Assembly: GCA_965261735.1 (NCBI GenBank)
Contig: OZ253470.1
Coordinates: forward strand, 2,944,001 to 3,008,000
DNA from: Alphaproteobacteria bacterium
GTDB taxonomy: Bacteria; Pseudomonadota; Alphaproteobacteria; SHVV01
Direction of reading: 5' to 3'
DNA: 64,000 nt
Under the pieces are notes generated by a model, which did no database searches, was not told where the DNA came from, and worked only from the letters and a program-made list of their open reading frames with translations. The translations under genes were made by a program, and so were the position numbers. The stretch's first letter is position 1. Each line of letters begins with the position of its first letter. Of the stretch, positions 29,130 to 40,087 are shown piece by piece.

Positions 29130-30161
29130 ATGTTAGCAAGGCATTGGTATATGGCTGCCGTCTCCGTACTTGCGGTCGCTTTTTTCGGCGCGGCCCAGGC
29201 GGCGGAAACGATCGTCGTGTCGTCCCATTCGCCGGGGACACACTTTCTCACGGCCGAACTCCTCGTACAGTGGGGGAAGGACGTCGAAAAGGCGAGTAAC
29301 GGGAGCTTGAAGGTCAACGTGCTCAAGGCCCCGCTCGGGACCCCCGCGGCGCAGTTCGAGGTTGCGCGCGACGGCGTCGCCGACGTCACGTTCGGCGTCC
29401 CCGGATACACGCCCGGGCGTTTTGTGCTCGCCGAGGTGGCGGGCGTGCCGAACATCGGCAACACGGCGGAGAGCCTGTCCGTCGGATTGTGGCGGACGGT
29501 GCTGAAGTTTCCCCAAATGGAGGCCGAGTTCGAGGGCGTGAAGCTGCTCGGTCTGGCCGCCGTTTCGCCGCGGCAGTTCTGGAATGGAAAGCGCGCCATC
29601 AACTCCCTCGACGACTTCAAGGGCCTCAAGATCCGCGTCTCGGGCGGATTGGACGGGAAGGTCGCCAAGGCCATAGGCGTCACCACTATCCTGCAGCCGG
29701 CCGGCAAGGTGTATGAGCTCCTTTCCAACGGCGTTATCGATGGCGTCGTCTTCCCCAAGGAGACGATGAAGAGCATGAAGCTCGAGCGGTTCATCAAATT
29801 CGGCACGCTGGTGCCGGGTGGCCTGTCGGGCGCCCCGATGTTCCTGGTCATGAATCAGAAGCGTTTCGACGGCCTGTCGAAAGCGGACCAGGGCGCCATC
29901 ATGAGCGCCTCGGGCGAGCACTTCTCCAAGCTCAACGGCCCCCTGTGGGATACGCGCGACCAGGCCGGGGTCGATCACCTGCTCGCCCACGGCGCCAAGA
30001 TCGCGACCGCGAGTCCGGCGCTCGTCAAGCAGATCAAGGCGGTGACGCAGGGCGTGGTCGACGGTTGGATCGCGGAAGCGAAGTCCAAGCGCGGCGTTGA
30101 CGGTGCGGCCCTCCTGCGCGTGTTCCGCGAGGAGGTCGAAAAGTACGAAGCCACCATGTAG
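29130..30161 (+). CDS. dctP: TRAP transporter substrate-binding protein
   Basis: Signal peptide, DFKGLKIR, VYELL..GVIDG. Confidence 0.9.
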   Translation: MLARHWYMAAVSVLAVAFFGAAQAAETIVVSSHSPGTHFLTAELLVQWGKDVEKASNGSLKVNVLKAPLGTPAAQFEVARDGVADVTFGVPGYTPGRFVLAEVAGVPNIGNTAESLSVGLWRTVLKFPQMEAEFEGVKLLGLAAVSPRQFWNGKRAINSLDDFKGLKIRVSGGLDGKVAKAIGVTTILQPAGKVYELLSNGVIDGVVFPKETMKSMKLERFIKFGTLVPGGLSGAPMFLVMNQKRFDGLSKADQGAIMSASGEHFSKLNGPLWDTRDQAGVDHLLAHGAKIATASPALVKQIKAVTQGVVDGWIAEAKSKRGVDGAALLRVFREEVEKYEATM

Positions 30162-30228
30162 CGGGCCGGCATCGAGGCGCGGGCTCGCTCACTCCGTGAG
30201 CGGCGATCCCGCTGGCGGTGGGCGCGAT

Positions 30229-30720
30229 ATGGAGAGCGACCGGTTGGGCGTGTGGTTGAACCGGTCGCTTGGCGGCCTCGCCGGCGTGCTCCTGTTCGCC
30301 ATCATGGTGCTGACTTTCGTCGACGTCGTGGGGCGCTACCTCTTCAGCGCCCCGCTCCCCGGCGCCTACGAAATCACCGAATTGATGCTGGGATCGCTGA
30401 TCTTCGCGGCCCTGCCGCTGGTCACGGTCCGGGCCGAGCACGTCACGATCGATCTCTTGGACCCCATGGTGCCGCGGCCGTGGCGCGGCCCCCAACGAGT
30501 TGCAGTGAACTTCCTTGCGGTGGTGACGCTGGCCGTGATGTCGGCGGTCGTGTGGGATCAGGCCGAGAAGATCTCGGCCGCCGGCTTGTACACCGAGGCG
30601 CTCGAGATTCCGAGCGCCCCCGTCGCCTACTTCATCAGCGTCATGGCCGGGTTCACCAGCCTGCTCCTTCTGACAACGACCATCCGCAGCCTCTTGAGAC
30701 GGCGAATCGACAAGCCCTGA
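30229..30720 (+). CDS. dctQ: TRAP transporter small permease
   Basis: 4 TM; DVVGRYLF..P..G..E..E, HVTID. Confidence 0.88.
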   Translation: MESDRLGVWLNRSLGGLAGVLLFAIMVLTFVDVVGRYLFSAPLPGAYEITELMLGSLIFAALPLVTVRAEHVTIDLLDPMVPRPWRGPQRVAVNFLAVVTLAVMSAVVWDQAEKISAAGLYTEALEIPSAPVAYFISVMAGFTSLLLLTTTIRSLLRRRIDKP

Positions 30721-32015
30721 TGGTCGATTCGCTGATCGGCTTCGCGGCGCTGCTGGCGCTCGCCCTCCTTCGCCTGCCGATTGGGTTCGGCATGGCGATC
30801 GTCGGGTTTTTCGGGTTCGCCATCTACGTCGGCTGGGGCCCGGCGCTGGCCTTGGTCGGCCAAACCACTTACGGCACCGTCCTGAACTACGAATACTCGG
30901 TGCTGCCCCTCTTCATTCTGATGGGCAACTTCGTCAACCGCGCGGGCTTGTCGGACGAGCTGTACGCTGCCTCTCACGCCTTTCTCGGCCACTTCCGCGG
31001 TGGCCTGGCAATGGCCACCATCGTTGCCTGCGGCGGCCTCAGCGCGGTTTCGGGGTCGAGCCTCGCGACCGCGGCGACCATGGCCAAGGTGGCGATGCCG
31101 CCGATGCGCCGCTATGGCTACGCGGACAGCCTCGCCACCGGCTCCATCGCGGCCGGCGGCACGCTCGGCATTCTCATCCCGCCGAGCGTGGTGCTGGTGA
31201 TCTACGGCATCATCACCAGCACCGATATCGGCAAGCTATTCATCGCCGGGATCGTACCCGGGGTGGTGAGTATCCTGCTCTACGCGGCGGCGATCCAGAT
31301 CGTGACGCGAGTCTGGCCCGAGCTCGCGCCGCTGGCGGAGCGCACCGGATGGGGTGAGCGGCTGCGGGCGCTCAGGCGTGTATGGGGCGTGCTGCTCCTG
31401 TTCGCCATCGTCATGGGCGGTATCTACGGCGGCGTGTTCACGGCCACCGAGGCGGCTGGAATCGGCGCCAGCGGCGCCTTCCTCTTCGCGCTCGGGCGTC
31501 GTGCGCTGACGTTACGGCTTCTGTTCCGGGTCTTGGTGGAAAGCGCGCGCACCTCGGCGATGATGTTCTTCGTCCTCATCGGGGCGCTGGTCTTTTCCAA
31601 CTTCATCAACATCGCCGGGCTCCCGGCCGGGCTCTCGGACTGGGTCCAGAGCTTCGATGTCGCCCCGATCGTCGTCATCCTCCTGATCGCCGGCATGTAC
31701 ATCGTCCTCGGCTGCGTCTTCGAGAGCTTCTCGATGATGCTGCTGACCGTGCCCACGTTCTTCCCGCTCGTGACCGGCCTCGGCTTAAGCCCGATTTGGT
31801 TCGGCATCTTCGTCGTCGTGGTCATGGAGATCGGGCTGATCACCCCGCCCGTGGGCATCAACGTGTTCGTGCTGCGCGCGGTCCTACCCGAGGTTTCGAC
31901 GGCCACGATCTTCCGCGGCGTGACACCGTTCTGGATCACCGACATCGGGCGATTGACGCTGCTCATCTTCGTGCCGGGACTGGCCGTATTCCTGCCTGGC
32001 CTGATGATTCGATAG
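30720..32015 (+). CDS. dctM: TRAP transporter large permease
   Basis: LPLFILMG, SGSS.AT, GTLGILIPPS, ITPPVG. Confidence 0.92.
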   Translation: MVDSLIGFAALLALALLRLPIGFGMAIVGFFGFAIYVGWGPALALVGQTTYGTVLNYEYSVLPLFILMGNFVNRAGLSDELYAASHAFLGHFRGGLAMATIVACGGLSAVSGSSLATAATMAKVAMPPMRRYGYADSLATGSIAAGGTLGILIPPSVVLVIYGIITSTDIGKLFIAGIVPGVVSILLYAAAIQIVTRVWPELAPLAERTGWGERLRALRRVWGVLLLFAIVMGGIYGGVFTATEAAGIGASGAFLFALGRRALTLRLLFRVLVESARTSAMMFFVLIGALVFSNFINIAGLPAGLSDWVQSFDVAPIVVILLIAGMYIVLGCVFESFSMMLLTVPTFFPLVTGLGLSPIWFGIFVVVVMEIGLITPPVGINVFVLRAVLPEVSTATIFRGVTPFWITDIGRLTLLIFVPGLAVFLPGLMIR

Positions 32016-32082
32016 AACGGGCGGCTACGCGACGGCGTGTGGTATCGGCGGCCTCTTGTTCTTTGTGACGACCAGCTGGAAC

Positions 32083-33187
32083 CTTGCCTATCCGGTTAAC
32101 GCCCATGACCGCTACATGTAGGGTGCCGCCACTCTCCCGAGTAAAGCTCGGCATAGGTTGGAGCAGAGGTGTCGCCCGCGATGCCGAGCAATGAGCGGAA
32201 GGCGTTGAACGGGTAGAACCGCCTGTTGAAGCGGAAGGTGAACTCGTTGAGGTAGGCTTGTAGGTGCTGGTGGCTAACGCCGTGGTGGATACCGATCAGC
32301 CACGTCTTCAGGTTGGCGAAAACCAGATGGATGATCGGCAGGTATTGCTCGGCAACCTCTGGATCACCACACTCGGCAACAGCGAAGTGCTCATAGCCGC
32401 GCTTCCCGAGGCCAGCATAGCCGCTCCAATCGTCAGTAACGATCAGCGATCGCGGCGCGACGGTGCTCTCGACGAACCCACAGAGCGACTCGGCGCTACG
32501 GTCGAGCACGACGGCGAGCCGAACGCGTCCGGCATAGCGTCCGTCTTTCCGGTTGTCGAGCTTGGTGCCCGGCTTTCGATGACGCACCTCGATGGCACAG
32601 GAGACGGGAACCTTGTGGTGAACACCACGGCCTTCCCCACGCGTTCGCCCGCCAACCCAGGTTTCGTCCACCTCAACATGGTTCTTGGGCTGTCCACCGA
32701 TCCTGTCTTGGTTGGGCCGCACCATGCCCGAGCGGAGCTTGTGGAGAATTTGAAAGGCCGTCTCGTAGCGCGAAAGACCAAGTTACCGCTGAAACTGCAC
32801 GGCGGACATGCCGGGCGTCTGACTGGCGACCAGATAAGCGGCCCAGAACCAGACGTTCAGCGGAGTGTGGCTACGCTCCATCACTGTTCCCACCGTCAGC
32901 CCGGTGTTCTGGCGGCACTTGCGGCAGCGCAGGACGCCAGGGCGGTTTTCAAAGTGGAACGGCTCTCCCGCCGTGCCGCAGTGCGGGCAGGCAAAGCCGT
33001 CTCCCCAGCGGGCTTTCTCCAGGTAGGCGGCGCAGGCCGCATCATCGGGGAAAAGTCGCTGGAACTCGGGTAGCGAATGCGGGAATGGGAGATCGGCGCG
33101 GTCGAGAACATCCATGGCGCGCTCCCCTATATCCGGGTTGCGCCCATTCTAGCCCTAGTGGGTGTGGGTGTAACCCGGATAGGCAAG
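32083..33187 (-). mobile_element. IS1595-family element type B, copy 2 (nonsense mutation)
   Basis: Near-identical to 18164-19268, inverted; CAA>TAA stop at 32783-32785. Confidence 0.92.
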
Positions 33188-33343
33188 GGCTTTTGTTTGT
33201 CCCCATCCACCACAACATCAAGTGATCAATGAACCGCACACTAACAAAATTTATTGAAGATTCGTTTATGACGGCGCTCCTCTCCTCCATGATCTCGCGC
33301 CCGTGACAACAACACCCGACGTCCGTCGGGCGCCCCGAGGCGC

Positions 33344-34663
33344 TCAAACCGGCAACCGGACAAGTGCTCGCAGCCCGCCGAGCGGTGCCGCCTCGAGAGT
33401 CAGGTCGCCACCATGGCTTTGCGCCACGTCGCGGGCGATAGCCAGTCCGAGGCCCACGCCCCCGGTTTCCGGATTACGCGAGGCGTCGAGGCGACGAAAC
33501 GGCAGCAGTGCATCGGCGCGCTGCTCAGGCGCAATGCCCGGGCCGTTGTCGTCGACCGCCACCTCAATGGTCTCGCCGTTGCGCGTCGCCTCGACCGTCA
33601 CGAGCGTGCCGTAGCGCCGGGCGTTGTCGACCAGGTTGGTGACGCAGCGCTTGAACGCGTTGGGCTTGAGGGCCGCGTTCATGTCGCCCGAGGTGGTGAG
33701 GCTGATCTCGCCGCCTTGGCGGCTCGCCGAATTGACCACGTCGCCGAGGATGCGGGCGAGATCGGCGGGCACGGTGGCCTCCGCATCCTGGCCGCGCGCG
33801 AAGGCGAGGTAGCCCTCAACCATCGCCTCCATGTCGCGCACGTCGGCGGCGAGGTTGTCGATCTCGGCGCCATCACCCAGCATCGCCAATTGCAGCTTGA
33901 TCCGCGTGAGCGGGGTGCGTAGGTCGTGCGAGACGCCGGCCAGCATCTCGATGCGCTGCCTGATCTGGCGCTCGATGCGCGCCCGCATGCGCACGAAGGC
34001 GCGGGTCGCCTGGCGCACCTCCTCGGCGCCGGACGGCTTGAGATCGGGGACGTCCCGTCCTTTGCCGAAATTGTCGGCGGCCGTGGCAAGGCGGCGGATG
34101 GGGCGCATCTGATTGCGCAGGAAGACGATGGCGATGGCGAGCAGGACCAGCGACACGCCGACCATCCACATCACGAAAATGATGGTGGTCGAACTAGACA
34201 CGCGCTTGCGTGACGTGAACACGCGCAGCGTCCCGTCCGCCAGTTGCACCTTGACCTCGACGCGGTCGCGCAGGCTCGCCGTGTCGATCCGGTACGGGCG
34301 CCGAAGGCGCTCGTCGAGCGCGCGAGAGAGCATGCGGTCGAGGGTCCAGTTTCGCACCTGGAAGGGAGGCGGCGCGCCCGCCAGCACGTGGTCGGGCAGC
34401 CAGGTGACGTCGAGATTGAGCTGCTTGCTGGCGAGCGCGCGCACTTCCGCCTGTCGCGCCGGCGAGGGATCGGCGCCCAACAGGGTGATCACCATCGAGA
34501 TGTCGCCAGCGAGGCCAAGCGCAAGGCGGCGGCTCACGTCATCCCAGTGGCGCTCGTAGAAAACATAGGTGGCGATGATTTGCAGCAGCACGAACGGCGT
34601 CACGAGGATCACCAACGATCGGCCGAACAAGGTGCGCGGCATCAACTGCTTCAACATCGCCAT
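33344..34663 (-). CDS. EnvZ-like sensor histidine kinase
   Basis: 2 TM, HAMP, GVSHDLRTPL, NLVDNA, DNGPG, GLGL. Confidence 0.93.
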   Translation of the reverse strand: MAMLKQLMPRTLFGRSLVILVTPFVLLQIIATYVFYERHWDDVSRRLALGLAGDISMVITLLGADPSPARQAEVRALASKQLNLDVTWLPDHVLAGAPPPFQVRNWTLDRMLSRALDERLRRPYRIDTASLRDRVEVKVQLADGTLRVFTSRKRVSSSTTIIFVMWMVGVSLVLLAIAIVFLRNQMRPIRRLATAADNFGKGRDVPDLKPSGAEEVRQATRAFVRMRARIERQIRQRIEMLAGVSHDLRTPLTRIKLQLAMLGDGAEIDNLAADVRDMEAMVEGYLAFARGQDAEATVPADLARILGDVVNSASRQGGEISLTTSGDMNAALKPNAFKRCVTNLVDNARRYGTLVTVEATRNGETIEVAVDDNGPGIAPEQRADALLPFRRLDASRNPETGGVGLGLAIARDVAQSHGGDLTLEAAPLGGLRALVRLPV

Positions 34664-34724
34664 CCCGGCGTCGTTCAGTGCAACACCCGATCCCTGCGGC
34701 CGTCCCGCATGGCTGGGGCTGGCT

Positions 34725-35390
34725 TCAGTCAGGCCACAGCACGTACCCCTCGCCGCGCACGGTCTGTAGGTATCGCGGCACCCGCGGGTTCGGCTCGATT
34801 CTACGCCGAAGCCGCGTGATTTGCACGTCCACCGAGCGATCCCTGGCCCCGCCCGTCAGCCGGCCGAGCTCGGCGCGCGACAGTGTCACCCCCGGGCTCT
34901 CGGCGAAAATGCGCAGCAGCTGGATCTCGCCCGAGGTGAGATAAACGGGCGCCCCGCCCAAGCTCAACTCGCCGCGGCCGACATCGAAGGTGTATTCGCC
35001 GAGCCCGATGCCTTCGGCCGCCGGCCGCTGAACGCGGCGCAGTATCTTTCCGATACGGAGCAGCAGCTCGCGCGGCTCGAAGGGCTTGACGAGATAGTCG
35101 TCGGCGCCGCTCTCGAGGCCGGCGATGCGGTCCCGCGGCTCGCCCATGGCCGTCAGCATCAGGATCGGCACGCGGGTCGATGCACCCAGCGATCGTGTGA
35201 GCTCGACCCCGCTCTCACCGGGCATCATGACATCGATGATCAGGAGATCGAACGCGAGCCCGGCCATCTTGCCGCGCGCCTCCGCGGAGTCGGTCGCGGC
35301 AGTCACCCAGTAGCCGTTCTCCTTGAGGTATTTGCTGAGCAGCTCTCGCAGGCGCGTATCGTCGTCGACAACGAGAATATGAGGCGTCAT
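34725..35390 (-). CDS. OmpR-family response regulator (PetR-like)
   Basis: HILVVDDD, DVMMPG, DDYLVKPF, RSVDVQITRLR, QTVRG.GY. Confidence 0.93.
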   Translation of the reverse strand: MTPHILVVDDDTRLRELLSKYLKENGYWVTAATDSAEARGKMAGLAFDLLIIDVMMPGESGVELTRSLGASTRVPILMLTAMGEPRDRIAGLESGADDYLVKPFEPRELLLRIGKILRRVQRPAAEGIGLGEYTFDVGRGELSLGGAPVYLTSGEIQLLRIFAESPGVTLSRAELGRLTGGARDRSVDVQITRLRRRIEPNPRVPRYLQTVRGEGYVLWPD

Positions 35391-35586
35391 AGGCTGTCCG
35401 ACGTACCGTTTCCAACCGGTCCCGCGCCCGGCAAGCGTACACTTTTTTGCGCCCCCAAAGAGCAGGGATCCTTGCCGACCGCGCCCCGCGGGCCTCGAAT
35501 CCCGCCGCTTTCGTTGACACCACAAACTTACAATGTTACGTCTGAAGGGTGTATTTCGGACATATTCTGACCTAAGGCGTTCGGTG

Positions 35587-36492
35587 ATGGCCTCCCTTCC
35601 TTTTGACGATCGCGACGGTGTTATCTGGTGTGACGGCCAGATGATTCCGTGGCGCGATTGCAAAATCCACGTTCTCAGCCATGCGCTGCACTACGCCTCC
35701 GCCGTGTTCGAGGGGGAGCGCTCGTATGACGGCGTCGTCTTCAAGCTGAACGAGCATACTGAGCGGCTGGCCAATTCGGCCCGGGTTATGGGCTTCGAGC
35801 TGCCCTATAGCATCGCCGAAATCAATGCCGCGACCGACGAGGTTCTGGCGGCCAGCAACATCGTCGATGGATACGTGCGCCCGGTGGCGTGGCGCGGTAG
35901 CGAGGAAATGGGTGTTTCGGCCCAGGCCACCAAGATTCATCTGGCCATCGCCGCGTGGCAGTGGCCGTCGTACTTCACGCCCGAGGCGCGGCTTCTGGGG
36001 ATACGCCTCAAGACCGCTCGGTGGCGGCGGCCGGGGCCCGACATGGGTCCGGTCAAGACCAAGGCCGCCGGGCTGTACATGATCTGCACGCTGAGCAAGC
36101 ACGAGGTCGAGGCGGAGGGCTATCACGATGCCCTCATGCTCGACTGGCGCGGCCGCGTCGCCGAGACGACCGGTGCCAACATCTTCCTCACCAAGCAGGG
36201 CGTGCTGCATACTCCGACGCCCGACTGCTTCCTCGACGGCATCACGCGGCGAACCGTCATCGAGCTCGCCCGCGCGCGCGGCTACTCCGTGATCGAACGC
36301 GCCGTCATGCCCGAGGAGCTCGCCGGCGCCGATGAAATATTCATTACCGGCACCGCCGCCGAAGTGACCCCGGTCAACGAGATCGACGGGCATATGTTCG
36401 AGGTCGGTCCCGTGGCCCGGCAGATGATCGAGGACTACGACGCCGTGGTCCACCGCCGGGCTCCAGCCGTGGCCACGGCCGCCGCCGAATAG
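35587..36492 (+). CDS. ilvE: Branched-chain amino acid aminotransferase
   Basis: PFDDRDG, LHYASAVFEG, K.KAAGLY, LDGITR, GTAAEVTP. Confidence 0.93.
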   Translation: MASLPFDDRDGVIWCDGQMIPWRDCKIHVLSHALHYASAVFEGERSYDGVVFKLNEHTERLANSARVMGFELPYSIAEINAATDEVLAASNIVDGYVRPVAWRGSEEMGVSAQATKIHLAIAAWQWPSYFTPEARLLGIRLKTARWRRPGPDMGPVKTKAAGLYMICTLSKHEVEAEGYHDALMLDWRGRVAETTGANIFLTKQGVLHTPTPDCFLDGITRRTVIELARARGYSVIERAVMPEELAGADEIFITGTAAEVTPVNEIDGHMFEVGPVARQMIEDYDAVVHRRAPAVATAAAE

Positions 36493-36643
36493 GCCTCTCT
36501 TGCGGCCTCCGCCCCGGCGCCGGCGCTATAGGCCTACTCGCCCATCCGGCGCTGCGCGGCCCCCAGGGCCACATGCTTTCGATCACAGCGGGTGCGAAGC
36601 AAGCCGCCTTACCGTTCCCGCCTGATATGGTAAGGAGCGGAAC

Positions 36644-37380
36644 ATAAGCGCGGACCCCCTCCGTCGTGTACTAGAAGCGACCGGCTATCTGCCGGAGGGC
36701 CAGCCGGCGCCAGGCGTGCGCCTTGGCGAGGACGCTCGCCGCATGCGTCACGGTCGCGCATTTTCGCCCGATGCGTTGTGGCGAGGGTCCTTAGCTCTCA
36801 CGGTCTATTTTAAGTTCGAGTCCTCGCGTCCGACTGATGAGCTTGTTGGCGCCTGGCGGCGGGAGATATGGAACGAGGGCTTCGCGCCGCTGCTCTGGGT
36901 GATCTGTCCAGACCGGATCGACCTCTACAATGGTTTCGGCCGCCCCTTGGAGACAGGGGACGCCGCCAAGCACCGGCTTCGGACTTTCCGCAACATCGAC
37001 TCTGCGCGCAGTGAACTCGACGCGCTCGCTGGCCGGCTCTCAATGGAGACAGGCCAGTTCTGACGCCAAACGCCCACCATCGATCGGAAGACCAGCGTCG
37101 ATCGGCAACTGCTGTCCGATCTCGCCTCCCTCGAGCATGACCTAGTGGGCGCGAACCTCGAACGTTCCGAGGCTCAAGGGCTGATCGGGCGCTCCATTTT
37201 CACACAGTATCTCATTGATCGCGGTATCGTCGGCGCAGCGCGCCTTCAACGTCTTTGTGGCCATCACGCCCTACCGCGAATCTTGCGCGGACGCGCCACT
37301 ACGGAGCGGCTGTTCGCTTGGCTTAGCCATACGTTCAATGGCGATATGTTCCCGACTTCGACCGCTGCAGCAACGCCTCG
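36644..37380 (+). pseudogene. N-terminal part of a large N6-DNA methylase / type IIG-like restriction-modification protein
   Basis: RBS AAGGAG followed by ATA (mutated start); W.EIWN, VDRQLL.DL, LIGRSIFTQYLIDRG, LF.WL...FNGDMF; in-frame TGA at 37061-37063; cut by IS256. Confidence 0.65.
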
Positions 37381-38829
37381 GATCGTGTCCCGCGGAGTGG
37401 TGTAAAAGCGTTGCGCTCTACGCGGCTCCCGGCGGGTAGGGCCGGGACGTTCAGGCTGCCACGGTGGGCAGCGTGATGGGGACACCATCGCTCAGCGGAG
37501 CGATGGATTCCAGCGTCATGTATCTCCTTGAGACGGCCCACTCGTCGTTCTGCTCGAGAAGGATGGCGCCGACGAGCCGTGTGATGGCGGCTTCGTTGGG
37601 AAAGATACCGACGACGTTGGTGCGACGCTTGACCTCGGCATGGAGCCGTTCGATCGGGTTTGTGGAGTGCAATTTCTGGCGGTGCTCCCTGGGGAAGCTC
37701 ATGTAGGCGAGGACGTCGTGCTCGGCTTCGTCCATGAGAACTGCCAGCTTGGGCACCTTGGGCCTGAGCTGGTCGGCGACCTGGCGCCACTGGACCTTCG
37801 CGCTGTCGGCGTCCTCCTGGGCGAAGGCGGTGGCGACGAAGGCGGAGACGACGCGCCGGCCCTGGCGGCCGGCATGGGCCAGCAGGTTGCGGGCGAAGTG
37901 CACGCGGCAGCGCTGCCATGTGGCGCCGAGGATCCGGGTCGCGGCGGCCTTCAGGCCCTTGTGGTCGTCGGAGATCACCAGCTTCACGCCGCGCAGCCCG
38001 CGCCGGGCCAGCGAGCGCAGGAACTCGGTCCAGAAGGTCTCGGCCTCCGACGCGCCGATCGCCACGCCCAGGACCTCGCGGCGGCCTTGGTCGTTGACGG
38101 CCACAGCCACGGTCACCGCGACCGAGACGATGCGTCCGGTCTGGCGCACCTTCACGTAGGTGGCGTCGAGCCACAGATAGGGCCAGTCGCCCTCCAGCGG
38201 TCGATCGAGGAAGCCGTTGACCTTATCGTCGATCTCGCCGCACAGCCTGGAGACCTGGCTCTTGGAGGCGCCCGACATCCCCATCGCCTGAACCAGATCG
38301 TCGACCGAGCGGGTCGACACCCCCTGGATGTAGGCCTCCTGGATCACCGCAGCCAGCGCCTTCTCGGCCATCCGCCGCGGCTCCAGGAAGCCCGGGAAGT
38401 AGCTTCCCTTCCTCAGCTTCGGGATCTTCAGCTCGACCGTGCCGGCCCGCGTCTCCCAGGACCGGTCGCGGTAGCCGTTGCGATGGGTGATACGATCCGC
38501 CGAGCGCTCGCCGTGCCCGGCGCCGGTCAGGCCCTCAACCTCCAGTGCCATCAGCCGCTCGGCCGTGAAGCCGATCATCTCGCAAAGCAGATCGGCATCG
38601 GAGCTCTTCTCCAAAAGCGCGCGCAGGGTCATCATGTCCTGGGTCATCGTGGTTCTCCTTCGGGTCAGGTTGGTTTGCACTAGCCCAACCCTAAACCGGA
38701 ACCGCGATGGCCTCCGCTGTGGATAGCCGGCTTGCCTACGCCAGACTCTCGGCGGTCGCTACGGCAAGCCGCCTACCCACAGCTACCAGAGGCTCCAACA
38801 ACTCCTACACCACGTCCTGGGATACGACC
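37381..38829 (-). mobile_element. IS256-family element (second type), no TSD
   Basis: IRs G(A/G)TCGT(G/A)TCCC...GTGGTGTA; flanks belong to unrelated genes. Confidence 0.9.
37451..38647 (-). CDS. IS256 transposase
   Basis: [39 protein letters not shown]. Confidence 0.93.
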   Translation of the reverse strand: MTQDMMTLRALLEKSSDADLLCEMIGFTAERLMALEVEGLTGAGHGERSADRITHRNGYRDRSWETRAGTVELKIPKLRKGSYFPGFLEPRRMAEKALAAVIQEAYIQGVSTRSVDDLVQAMGMSGASKSQVSRLCGEIDDKVNGFLDRPLEGDWPYLWLDATYVKVRQTGRIVSVAVTVAVAVNDQGRREVLGVAIGASEAETFWTEFLRSLARRGLRGVKLVISDDHKGLKAAATRILGATWQRCRVHFARNLLAHAGRQGRRVVSAFVATAFAQEDADSAKVQWRQVADQLRPKVPKLAVLMDEAEHDVLAYMSFPREHRQKLHSTNPIERLHAEVKRRTNVVGIFPNEAAITRLVGAILLEQNDEWAVSRRYMTLESIAPLSDGVPITLPTVAA

Positions 38830-38961
38830 GTCGCCAACCACATCTCGGCGAGCGACTGGCTCTTCACGGGAACGCAGGCCCCCGAGCCGGCTGCGCTGGC
38901 CTTGTTCGCCTTCGGGCTCGCCGGGCTCGGCGTAACGATGCGGCGCCGCCGGACCGCCTAA
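38830..38961 (+). pseudogene. 3' remnant of a PEP-CTERM sorting-signal protein
   Basis: APEPAALALFAFGLAGLGVTMRRRR*. Confidence 0.8.
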
Positions 38962-39109
38962 CATCTCGTTGCAGCGCTCGCTGTGCGCGGCGCCGCTCCA
39001 TCGAACCTCCCCATAGGCGGCCGCCCTGCGGCGTGCCGCCCCAGGCAATGCCAGGCCTAAACTGTGGTGCCGCCTGTAGGGTTCGCGGCGGGCGCCCAGA
39101 TGGCGCCGC

Positions 39110-40087
39110 CTACATAAAGAGCGACTCGTTCTCCATGCCCTCGTAGAGCTGGGCCACGTATTCGCCGTAGCCGTTGTAGATCTGGGTCGCGACGCGTTCG
39201 TCCGTGCCGATCAGCCGCTCCGTCCGCTGGCTCCAGCGCGGGTGCGCGATGTCGGGATTGACGTTGGCCCAAAAGCCGTACTCGTTGGGGCCGACCTCAC
39301 CCCAAAACGTCTTCGGCCGCTCGGCCGCGAAGGTGAAGCGCACGATCGATTTGATCGACTTGAAGCCGTACTTCCACGGCGCCGCGAGGCGTAGCGGCGA
39401 GCCATGCTGCTTGGGCATCGGCTTGCCGTAGATGCCCGTGGCCATGAACGTGAGCTCGTTGGTCGCCTCGGCCATGGTCAGCCCCTCGACGTAGGGCCAG
39501 GGATACCAGAACTGCTTCAGCCCGGGCGCGAACTTGGCATCGCCGAAGGTTTCCATGACCACGTATCTGGCCGACGACAGGGGCTGGGCGAAATCGACCA
39601 ACGCCTTCATCGCAAAGCCGCTCCACGGCACCGCCATCGCCCAGGCCTCGACGCAGCGGTGCCGGTAGTAGCGCTCCTCGCGCGGCATCTTGGCGATCAA
39701 CTCGTCGATACCGATCTCGATCTCTTTCTCGAGGAGGCCGTCGAAGCGCACCGTCCAAGGCCGGATCGGTAGCTTCTGCGCCGCCTTCCAGATCTGCTTG
39801 TGCGAGCCGAACTCGTAGAAATTGTTGTAGGTCGCCGCGACCTTGGGATCGGTCATCTCGCGATCGAGGAAGTAGCGGATGTTGCGCGCGAAGGGATAGA
39901 GGTGCTCGGACGGGTCGGCCTCGGTGGCCGCCCGCGCGGCGCGCGGCAGCGCCCCGAGAGCCCCGCCCGCGGCCAGGATGGAGCCCGCCGCGATACCCTT
40001 CATCAGGCGCCGCCGGTCATGGAACACGTGCTCCGGCGTGAGCGCGGATTCGGGGATCTCCCAGCCGCGTGGAATCTTGATCAGCAT
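39110..40087 (-). CDS. msrP: Protein-methionine-sulfoxide reductase catalytic subunit
   Basis: Tat RRRLMK, YNNFYEFG, RHRCVEAW, PWKYGFKS, HPRWSQ. Confidence 0.95.
   Translation of the reverse strand: MLIKIPRGWEIPESALTPEHVFHDRRRLMKGIAAGSILAAGGALGALPRAARAATEADPSEHLYPFARNIRYFLDREMTDPKVAATYNNFYEFGSHKQIWKAAQKLPIRPWTVRFDGLLEKEIEIGIDELIAKMPREERYYRHRCVEAWAMAVPWSGFAMKALVDFAQPLSSARYVVMETFGDAKFAPGLKQFWYPWPYVEGLTMAEATNELTFMATGIYGKPMPKQHGSPLRLAAPWKYGFKSIKSIVRFTFAAERPKTFWGEVGPNEYGFWANVNPDIAHPRWSQRTERLIGTDERVATQIYNGYGEYVAQLYEGMENESLFM

Noticed and set aside
18164-33187. Bona fide composite transposon
   Set aside because: Outer flanks show no target-site duplication
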